59,522 nucleotides of DNA from Trichinella spiralis (lineage: Eukaryota): NCBI RefSeq assembly GCF_000181795.1, contig NW_003526948.1, forward strand, positions 1,868,785-1,928,306, given 5' to 3'. The translations under genes were made by a program, and so were the position numbers. Positions 12,290-23,300 of this stretch are shown in pieces (positions within the stretch are counted from its first letter, which is position 1; each line of letters begins with the position of its first letter). Below the pieces are notes generated by a model, which was given only the letters and a program-made list of their open reading frames with translations, ran no database searches and was not told the DNA's origin.

Positions 12290-15200
12290 TAGATGTTGTT
12301 GTTGTTGTTGTTGTTGTTGTTGCTATTGTTTTCTTTTGTTTGATTATAACTCCCGTACTGTTCACGTACTCATATAGTTGCAATCGGGGGCGTAGCGCAG
12401 CACTACAGGCTTTGGTTTCATAATTGCTTATAGTCGGGTTTACGAGATATTGCAAGTTTGTCATTTATTCATACAGTCATAGTTTACAAGTATTCTTCTT
12501 GTTTTTCATGTCTTGCTCGAGTTGTCGTTTTTCTGTTTACTGTAAATTCTTTTTTGGAATAGTTAAAATTTGCCTTATTACATTTTGAAAAAGTGAAATA
12601 TGCAAAAAGGGAATAGTGGTTTTTGATAGTTTTCTACAGAAATTGCGGATAATTCATTCTGGTCTGATTGATTTCTTGACCTTTTTCATAAATGATGTCC
12701 ATCCGAGCAAGTGTTTAAATTTGTTTGCTGAAGTCTTCAGGTTGAGCTACGCCCTTGATTGTTGTCAGCTGAATTTGATCATTCTGAGCGTTTTGCGTTT
12801 AAGGTTCGCTGAACGGTTTGGTTGTAGAAGGTCGTCCTATCGTCGTCGATTTCAGTATCGATTAATCAATTTTGCTTCACCTGTGAAGAAAAATATTTTA
12901 TTAAACCGACCGTTGGTTTTGTTTTATTATGGTGCTTTATTATTTGTTTTTCAACACATTAATTTTACTTCATTACAGTTCCCTTTTAAATCTTGTATAC
13001 TTCATCTACTGATATCGGCGAAATTCACTGCATGTTCATCACGTTGTGCAGGATGTAGTGTTATATTTTTCATCATTTGTTCTTTCTGTGTAGTTTTCCG
13101 AGAATTTTATTAATTATTGCACTCTTCAATTCATATTTATTCACGTATTATTCTTCATTCTCCGTAATGAAAGTTCTTTCTTTTACTGCTGTTATTGAAC
13201 AGCGCTGTTGCATATCAATTTGTTAACTTAGTCCTTATGTAGCTGGGCAAAATTTTCATTTTACAAGTACTCTCAGTTCTGTATCCTGATTAATAAATCG
13301 ACGTATTATTCATGTCTGATTTGTTTTCAAGCATACGGTTTTGATTGCGTGATTTCAAAATTATCAAGGAAGAAAAGAAAAAAAAGTGAATTCGTCAGAA
13401 CTTATATTTTATTATTATATTATCAGAGGTCCAGTCAATTCATTTCTATATTTTTTATGCTATCTAACTAAGCAGATCGGTGCAAACATTTACATGCATA
13501 TATTTTTGTTTATTTTTTTGAAAATTTAAATGCCGGAAATTCGTATGTCTGTGACCTTCACATGTTAAAGAGGGAAGGTTTCTTCATATTCAATAATTAT
13601 TGTGAAAAGTATTACTGTGTGTTGCAACCGCTGAACAATGGTATATCTTTTACGGAGCATGTTGCGATAAACAGAAAACGGTTCGATTTTTAATTTTTAG
13701 ATGCTGCATCAGCTTTTCAGATACGTCAGTGTTTTGCAAATTTGTTTGCTGCGATTGGTGAAGAAGGCTGAAGGAAAAAATTACATTAAACGATTGTTTT
13801 TCTTTGATTTCAGATTTTTTCGATTGTTTTTGCATACATTTTCGTTTTCAAGGGGTAAATAATAGCGAATCGGTCAAAAAAAGTTTTCCATCCAATACAT
13901 TTGTTAGTCTATGCATCTTTCGGTATTTAACGGAAAAGTGAAAAATTTGGTTTTCATTTTTGACTAGAGCATGGAATTTGAAGTACATTGTGGAAAAATC
14001 GCAACAAATACACACACGAAAAGGCAAAATCGTCCTTTTTCTCCTGTTTTTGGTTTGAGATTTTCAATTTGCAGGGTTTTTGTTCAGATGACAGTGAACT
14101 GCTTCGACTGTTAGAATTTCAGTTTGCATTCAGTTCAGTGTTTTACTATTTTCAGAATGTTCTCCTGGTATTTGCAAACTTTCATTCTGACAGTTTCATT
14201 AATAAAGCAGAAGCAAGCTTTCAGCATCTGATTGCACTTATTTTAATTTCACAACGCAGTTTAACATTAGTTGTCAAGGATTATTTTATATATGAATCTT
14301 TAGTAGTTTTATTTTTCAAACTGCTTTCAAATACATTAAAAATGGAAGTGAATTTGAAGATTTTTCAGTTGAAGAGGTAATGAATAAACAGCGTTGGTAA
14401 CAAACCAGAAGCGATTTATTCATAACTTGAATAGGCCATTCCAAGTGCGGAATTAAAAATAATGGAACATTGTGTGTGTTCGTCTCTGCACTGTTATTCG
14501 TAATGGTTATTTCAACGCAATTAATCACATTGCTAACTGGGAAATTTAACATAGATTAACTCAGCCATAATGTCTGCTGTTGTTCTTTAGGATTTTACTC
14601 AGAAGCAACTGTTTTTATATTTCACAGTAAAAACCGTTTTTGAACGATAACTCTGGCTGTGTTGTGAAACATATCACCAAAAATTGTGACGTCAAAAATT
14701 TTCTGATTCATGAGAAAAAGCATACTGTAGTATTCGATTGGTATACTGTGACTCGAAAGAATTATTCATAATTTGCGGCAGTTCATTTCTTTACTGTTGA
14801 ACTACTTGCATGTTTTCAACTAAAAGTTTTTTGCCGGATAATGCATCATTGAATATGCTATGAATTTCAGCGTTTTTGTTTTAATTTTAATTTGAAATGT
14901 GTAATATAATGCGTAATATGTATTTACAGATGAAATTTTGTGTTGTTTTAGATATAATGAAAAGTGCGAGCTATTAGTAATAAAAAGAAAAGCAGGTAGG
15001 TCAAGATAATGTTATCAAAGACCATTGTTCTGTTTGGATTTCAATTTGTTAAATTATACGATTGTTTCATTCAAAGTCCAAAAAGGTAAAATGTGGTGAT
15101 CTGTATTTTAGGCGATAACGCGTATATTTGATTAATAAATTTGAAAACTCCATTACTTGTGTTAAATCATTGATATCTGCTTTTAGCCAAACTTATCAGT

Positions 15201-16113
15201 GTTTATTTTGATGCGTTGTACCAAGTGTCATGCAAGTTTTATTTTGCTGTTTATTTTATATGAAATTGTTTTGTTTGTAGTATTGAATAACATTCTTTTA
15301 CATCTGATTTGTTTAAATTATAATGTTGAATTTTGAGGTAACAAATCATATTTTTATAGGGGATAGTTTTTTATCTTGTTTTTATTTTGCTTCTTAATGT
15401 TTTCATTTCCATTGAAACAATAAAAAGCAACATGAAAACATTCTGATTTGAAGAAAATTTATCAACAATTTTTAATTTCTACTTTTTAACAGGTATAATA
15501 ATAAGAATGAAATAATCCACATGACTATTGGAACGTCGAAATATTTTAATGTAACAAATACTGTTAGAACATTCTGCAGTTTTGGTAAAGTCAACAAAGC
15601 AAAAGCGAAAAGGGAAATTCGCTTACGTATTAATGCAGACAAAGTCATCAGTAAATATTTAAGGGACATTGAATGAATTCATTGAAGTATACGTTAAAAA
15701 TATTGCTGCAAAGTGAAAATTTTTTATTTCATAAAGTAACATTTGTTTTCATGATTGCAGGAAAACTCTCTGCGTTTTTATTACATTAAAAACTGATTTC
15801 TTTCATTAATCTTGCCTCTAATTTTTAAATTCTTTAAAAATAAAAATCATTTGTGGTTAATTAAAAATGCCTTTTATATTGATAAAATGTTTGGTTCAAT
15901 TTATACTATTTTCATATTTCATATGAAAATTTACTTTTTCATTCTAAATGAGAAATAAATGAAGAAATAGATTAAAAATTCAAACATTAAAGAATTTATG
16001 CAACAGCTATTAAGCCAAAATGAAAATGAACTTAGAATTAATACCTGCACATCATTTACGTACGGTATTAAATCACTGGTAAACAATAGAAACTCATCTC
16101 GTTCGTTTGTCAT
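12290..16113 (-). pseudogene. Possible decayed or disrupted minus-strand gene (or assembly/sequence anomaly)
   Basis: Candidate exon 1 at 16045-16113 (MTNERDEFLLFTSDLIPYVNDVQ|GT), a pyrimidine-rich intron, and an exon 2 start at 15943 (NEKVNFHMKYENSIN*). Downstream the minus strand is GAA/AAA/CAA-rich but stops interrupt every frame I translated. No family recognised. Confidence 0.3.
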
Positions 16114-16139
16114 AAATATATTTGGTAGAAATATAAATA

Positions 16140-16775
16140 ATGTTGAGAAGTTCTTTTCGGTGCACTCGTTACATGTCTCGTGCATGGTTGTCAGCGACCT
16201 CCTGCCGAAATCAGCAGCGTTCATCGTCCGATCCTATTCAGCAATCATTCATTGAAAAAATACGTTCATTCACTCAGAAGCAGGCTGCTCTCGGTGCGGG
16301 ATTTCTTGTGGAAGCATCACCTACTCTTACAGACGAATACAAAGAAGAGACGAATAGGTTGGCTCGTATTTATTCTTATACTGATGACTGGCTGAAGTTT
16401 CCTACTATGAAATTTGACGATAGCAAAATTAGCATAATCGGCTTGGATGAACCGCATAAAATAGAAGAGGAAAGATTGGAAGTTCTCGACACCATTTCAG
16501 AACGTGAATTTTCTCCAAAAATTACCACTCCACTTGACATTCCTTTGGAAACTGAAGGATATGCGTTACAAATCTTTAACGAAGACGATTCTTCCTTGGA
16601 ACCCAATTTAGATGAAGTTCTTGAAAATGATTATCTGTTATGCAATCCAGAAGACGAACAATTATATGACGATGACAAAATTATTTATTATGATCATCTT
16701 GGTGAAAGCGATTCAACACCTGAACCTGAAGTGATTAAAACGAAGGAATCAGAGAAATTTGATGTTCGTTTTTAA
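16140..16775 (+). CDS. ATP5PF: Mitochondrial ATP synthase coupling factor 6 (peripheral stalk F6)-like, intronless, with acidic C-terminal extension, 211 aa
   Basis: Arg/Ser-rich presequence MLRSSFRCTRYMSRAWLSATSCR followed by CF6 motifs DPIQQSFIEKIRSF..LVEASP..EETNRLARIY..KFPTMKFDD. Confidence 0.85.
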   Translation: MLRSSFRCTRYMSRAWLSATSCRNQQRSSSDPIQQSFIEKIRSFTQKQAALGAGFLVEASPTLTDEYKEETNRLARIYSYTDDWLKFPTMKFDDSKISIIGLDEPHKIEEERLEVLDTISEREFSPKITTPLDIPLETEGYALQIFNEDDSSLEPNLDEVLENDYLLCNPEDEQLYDDDKIIYYDHLGESDSTPEPEVIKTKESEKFDVRF

Positions 16776-17323
16776 TATTGGCATGTTGTCATGAAGAATA
16801 ATTTTTTTATTGTGAATAACTGACTAAGTGCGAAGGTATGAACATTTGCATTTTGTTAAAATTTGAGGTTTGAGTTTTATTTACAACATCGGTTTGGAAT
16901 AAATGTCTACGTCGTGCACTCATGTCTTTTATAAGTAAATGTATGTATGTGAATTTTCTACAATAAACTATAAATAAAATGCAGGCATTGAAATGAATAC
17001 AGAATTTTACTTTCAGTAAGAATATAATCAATAAAAATAGCAGAAGTTTTACGTACGTATGTTCTTTTTTTCGGTTTGACAACTACTCAAAAACAAATAT
17101 CATCAGATCAACATGTTGACGCTTGTAAAAAATTGAAAAAACAGATTTTGGAGGGTTAATAAAATTTTTAAATTTTAGATCAAATAAATTATAAAACAAT
17201 ATCACTACCAAATCAGTTACCAGAACTGCTTATACAGATTTCGGCTTATTATATGACAATATTTAAACTTGATTTTCATTATATTACAGTATTATTGTTA
17301 ATTTCCCAAAATGATGGTGTAGG

Positions 17324-20300
17324 ATGTTTGTCTTCTTCATGAATTTTAGTCCGCTTTGTATGTAAAACCTGGTTGAAATTCAGTAATATGTATATTTTAC
17401 TTTGAAAAATGTTAATAATTCAACTTACGGCAGTGCTGTTTCATTGTGTTTTTGCAGTACCTCTTCTTTCATCAAATGATTCAGAATTTGTTTTGGAGAA
17501 TTCTGGTTTTTGGAAAACGACTCGAAGTGATGGGCTTCATTATATTTTTTCAGATATTGAGTGGAATGTGAACTTTGCAGTTTTGTTATTTTCCTTAGTG
17601 TTTACTGTATGTTGGATATGCTATTTAATGTTTTACAATTGCCGTCTGTTAGGCTATGTTGTTACTAAGATTATCAGAAAATTTTGCAATTCAGATAATA
17701 TGGAATTTTCAATTGGTTCGATCTCATTTTCTGCTTTAACTGCAAGAATAATGTTCCGAGATATGAAAATTTACACCGAAGATTATACGATTCGTGTGAC
17801 TGATGGTCTAGTGCAGTTTAGATATTGGTCATGGTATTCAGAACCGATAACAGGGTCTGATGGATTTCAGTTTGGTAAATCCTATTTAAATGTTGTGTTA
17901 AATGGCTTTGAATGTCATGTTTACAATCAGCTGAGAAGTTACACATCTTTTGATTCATTCTTGAAAGACTGTGACTTATGCAAAAGTAAGCTTTAATGGT
18001 CAGTTTTTGTTTTCTTTTTATAATTTGAAAAATTTCTTTTCTTTCAGGAAAAACGACTTTTGACAATTTGAACTCTGGTTGGTCTGTATGGAAAAAGGTA
18101 AAAAAAATATTTTCTATAATTCACATAAAAATTACATATGGTCGGCTGGTGTTCGGAAATCGTTATTTGCCAAATTCAATGTTAGTCACGTTTGACAGCG
18201 CATCTGGCAATTTGCACTTCGGGTTAATAGAAGCATCGTACAAATTTCAGTGTGTTTGTGAAAATTTTAATGTGAAGTTGGAGAAAAGTTTAGAATACGC
18301 AGACGCGTATGAATCCCCACCGCGATTGATGGGCGGTGGCTTCGTCGTTTTGCAAAGTGCGAAAATGTCATTTTTGCATATTCAAAAACGCATTATTAAA
18401 GATAGATGTGTTTATATCGAGTGGCAGAATGAATTTGAACTTGGAAAAGCTACATCAATACGTTACGGTCCATGGGCAGATCGACAACGAAGCCGTTTGT
18501 ATAAATTCTTTTTTCCATATGAACGCACTTATCCTGAGAAGTTGCCAGTGCAGTCGGAAAATTTCAAGCATACTTTAAAGGTAATTGGAAAATTTTAAAT
18601 ATTCATTTCAGATAAAGCATATTTCATCAGTTGATCATAATTTCTTTTTTACTGTAGCGTAATGTATATGAATTTTTATAAATATACTTGTTTGGATTAG
18701 TGTAATATATTTTTCAAGTAGGCTTGAGTTTTCGAATAGAAGAAGTAGTTTTGATGTATAATGTTGTTTCACGGTTCAGAGAGATTGAGAAGAAAAATTT
18801 ATTTTGTTCATAATATTTTGTGTTGAATTTGTTTTGTTGTCATTGTCGCCGGTCAGTATTATCTATGACGTTAGGGAGGCTTGTATTTTCAACGTTGAAC
18901 AAGTGAATATGTGAATTTCCACTTTTGCCGTACATGTGTATATTTTAATTATTAGATAACATTCTTGGAGAGCACAGTTCTGGATGTGCTGTTCATCAAA
19001 GAAGACGTTCCAAATGCTATTCATTGTAGTTTTGGTTGTGGTTCGTTTGTGAAAGTGGTGAATCCGGTGGCGGAGGACCGGCATAAAACGTGCCATGGCG
19101 TCGAGTGCCATTTTGTTAATTTTGAAATGTTGACTAGCTTGGAATTTCGACAGCTTATTTGCGCAGAAAAGTTCGACTTGTTGCTGCATGTAACTTATCC
19201 GCAACTTTGGACTGAAAGTCAGAATTGGAATTTTCAATTTAACTTGTCCAACACGACGTTCTGGTTTGTATTTTGTCATCGAAATTTTTTTGTCGATTTG
19301 CTCAACGACTGGTCTGACTGTGAGCCGGTAGATTTGTACAGATTTTTCCCATACCAAGTGCGTGTTGGGTTTGGGTTTGAAAATTTGGAAATCGTATTTG
19401 TGACGAACTTGTACAATTGGATCGACACTTCTTCGCAGGATGTGGAAAATTGGTTGACGTTGTTGTACGTTTGCCGTGGCGAGATGGAACTGGTGTTACC
19501 GTTTGAGCGGTTCGATCCGTCCACCATGACAATACCACTGCGAGCGTCGGTTGGCGAGGGTGTGGTTCGCTGTCACGTGCCCAAGCAGAGTTTGTTGAAT
19601 TCGTTCGTCTGGTTGAGTCACGTGGACGAGAATCGCTGTTGCCCAATATTTGAACCGTTGGAAGAGTTGAATGCCGATCGTCTGTGGTCAAGGGTGGCCG
19701 ACGACAAGCAAGCCTGGTTCAACAGTTGGACCTTTGCCGGCTGGACACTGCTCGGTGAGTACAAGTACCATCTGTCGCCGGTTCGACAGGCTCACGTGAA
19801 CACCGAGCCGGAAGTATCCGGCTCGGATTCGTTGCTTGTCGACTTGCAGGTGAACACGTCGACGAAATTGATCAGCGCGGAATTGTTGCGCTGTTTGTCG
19901 AATTTGAAGGACAATTATTTTGGCAACAGTCAACAATTTGTTGACATCTCTTCAGATAGCTACAGTAAATCCCACTTTGACAGCAGTGGAATAGCGGGAG
20001 CCGGTGAGACGGACCAGGGCAGGCCGTTGGAAGTGAAAGTGTCATTGTTGTTGCTGACCGTTCGAGCCTACTTGTCCGGATGTTGTGCCGACCAACCGAC
20101 CGCGTGCTGCTTTAGCTGCGATCGGATGTTGTTCGAACTGTCCAAAGTCGACAAGCAGCATCGTATGCAGTTGCTGGTGTCACCGATTCAGCTCAACGTT
20201 GCCGATTCCAAAGCCAGCTTGTCGTCGTTGCAGTTGTGCTGCGAGTGGAATTTTCCAAACTGGGCCCCGAACCAAGCCGCTGTACAGACGATGGAAGTGA

Positions 20301-23300
20301 GGTTCGGTGATTTGGAGGCCGTGTTGAGCAGTGTTGAGGCGATTCGACTGGCTCGGCTGTTGGATTTGTTGCTGGGGGCGTTGTTGGATGACTCGGACGA
20401 GCTCAGGCGACCGTTGGCCTACTCGACCGCCACGCCCGAAAACGAGCATCGTCGGATTGGGTGCGAGTTGCTTCGTCAGTTGTCGATCGACTCCATTCGA
20501 TTGTCGGTGATCGATCGGAATGTTGTTGTTCAAATGCGCATCGGCTGCGTTCGTTGTAACGACGAACGCAACGCTCGCCTGGGTCGTCGTGTTCGAACGG
20601 CGATGCTCGAATCCGTGAGCTGTTCTCTGGCCGTTCGACTCGACTCCACCCTGCACCGTCTGTACGAATGTTGCTGTATGCAGACGGATCGACGTCCCAA
20701 CTCGTCCTCACTGGTGTTCGACTGGCCGCTCGACGAACCATTGCTCGAATGTGCTCGGTTCGACGTTTCGAACTTGGCGATCAGTTGCCGTTGTCCAATG
20801 GAAGTTCCATTAGCCAAACTGCCGCCCACCGACGAGGATTACGGTCACTCCAACGTGTCTGCATTACTGTACGAGTTGGGAACATTTTTTACCAATCGTC
20901 CGGCCGATTGGTTCAGACCACGAGCCCGGTGGACCGATGCCAATTTCGGTTGTTCGCTGTTTCGTCCTGGTGAACAATTTTTCCAGAGCCCACGGTCAGA
21001 CGACACTGCTGGCAGTGTTGAAGAGCAATTTTTCGATGCCATGGCTGACCCATTCGAACTCAATTCCAACCAACCCAACGGTATACTGTACGACTCTTGT
21101 CCCACATTGCTCAAATGTCCCATGATTATGCTCAGCTATTGCCAACTGCTGACCACTTACGCTTTTCAGGTAAAATTATTCAACTTTTAAATTCATGTAT
21201 TATTTTTGATTAATAAAGGAAAATGAAAGCGCCGCAACTGTGTTGCACCAATCACGTCGCATACTGGCTGGTGTGCAAGAGTTGAAATTGTCGTCAACTG
21301 CTGATCAGGGTCAGGAGAAGAGATCCTTTTTGTCTGATTTTGTCGAACGTCACTGCCAGCCTGACGAGCGGGTATCCCAGGTCGGTCGACTGGCGTTCTG
21401 TACTGACCAGCAAGTGTCAGTGTTCTGGTCTCCGCTGGCGTTCGAGGCGGTCCATCTGCTCTTGAACGCCTGTTCGAACAGCGATCTATTCGACTTGTTC
21501 AACTTCGTCCAAGGTATCGTCGCCGAAGTATACCGCAGTTGTTCGGAACGACGCCACACGCAGTTGCTATTGGACGACGACTTGCCGACGTCGTCGTGCT
21601 GTTGGAACTATTTTCCCACCGGTCGGTGTTCCAAGTGGACCGTGGAATTGTTCACGCCCGGCTTGACGATACGATCATTGCAGTGCGGCTTGTTGGAAAA
21701 GACCACCCAATCGCCGTCCCAGTTGCAGCATTCGCTTTCACTGGCTCCGGCGTCGTTGCTGCTCTGCACGGTCGAATTGCCGAAGTGTGAGCTGAACTGG
21801 AGTCGTAAAGACCGCAAGCTGCAGTTGAACGTCTACGTCGACGCGTTTCAGTTCCAACTGTTGCAGATTGTCGAAAAAGACGCCAACATCATTGGCATTG
21901 CACCGCTGGCGTGCAGAGTTCTGTTCGACTGTCGCTGGGATCAGTTGCCCCAAAGTGACCGTTATACTGTTTGTCTGATCGCCGAAGGTCGAATCGAGCA
22001 CATGCAGGTATATTATTATTAGTCGGTGTTTTTTGCTTGTTTTTTCGGGGTTCATTGTGTCGTGATTTCAAGGTGTCGGTGAGTCACAAATTACCATCAG
22101 ATGATGTTTCTCTGAAAGCGGACATGTATCAGCGTTTGTTGGAAAGTGACGACGCAGTGCGAGCTGTTGCGCAGAACAGTGCCGAAAGTGAATACAAAAG
22201 TCAGGCGAACATCAGTGTCGGTGAAATTTATGTGAACTGCGGTCTGTCGCAGAGACTTGAATTGTCAGCTGAATATTGGCCAGTTTACGAGATATTGCAT
22301 TCAACGGTTGCCAGTTGGCTGCAGGCGGCGTGCAGATTCTACTCGACGGTGTCGAAGTCGAGTCACGATTTGCAGCTGGCGAAAAAGATTGCATTCACAT
22401 GCTTGATGGTCGAAGCGTTGGAACCGTGCCGACGTCGTCCGGTGGTCAAAAGTCACTTCGATCGGTTGTTGGTTCACGGTCGACGATTGGCGCAGTGTCC
22501 CACTTGTCAGCTGATGATCGCTTTGTTGCGCTTCTTGGCCACTGAAGAAGGCCTGCAGGTGAGTCGGTCGTTGGCTGCCCATTGCCGTCGTCTGTTGCTT
22601 GACCAAGAAGAGATGGACGACGATCGTGGTCAAACTCGGATCGATCAAAATTTGGTCGCCCTGTTGACCCATTGGCGAGAGGCGATGAGCGCCGAGCATG
22701 CGGTGCAATTCGATTTACCCCAAGAGAGGCAGTTTCTCGTATCCACGAATCCCACTTCGAACAGCAACAATAATTTCAACAAAGAATACGACGGCAGCAA
22801 TAGCAAAGAGAACAACATCGACGAATCGGTGGAAGCAAATTTGTTGTCGACATCCGCAGATCCTACTGCCGAGCAGTCGTTGTTGGCGAACAGTTTGAGT
22901 AATCGAAGCTGGCGATTTCGCAGTTCTGCCCAGTTCCGAGATCGCAGAACGTTGCAGATGACGCGCGATTTGTACAATTGGATAGCCCAAGCGCAACGAG
23001 AAGAACGTGAAATGGGCTACAAGGAGACCAACCGGCCAACGTTGAATCCGATCGATTTGCCTTTGGAAGTTTATTTCCAAGTGTTCTTGGAGCGCATGCG
23101 TTTGCTGCGAGTGCCGGGCTGCGATTATTTGTCGAAAACAGTTTTGGGCGGAGTGGGAGTCACGTTGTCTTTGGCCAACGTCAACGTCATGGTCACCGAG
23201 CCGAAAGAGTTTCAACTGGCCAGTGACACGCTGAAGAGGATCACGTTCGCCAGTCGTCCGGCTTTGTCTGTTGGCGTTATCCAGATTACCGGCTCTTTGT

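Noticed and set aside
12616..14380. + strand ORFs 12616-13113 and 13988-14380 (F/L/S-rich)
   Set aside because: Non-ATG starts, and composition is that of the antisense of A-rich sequence; no splice or family support.
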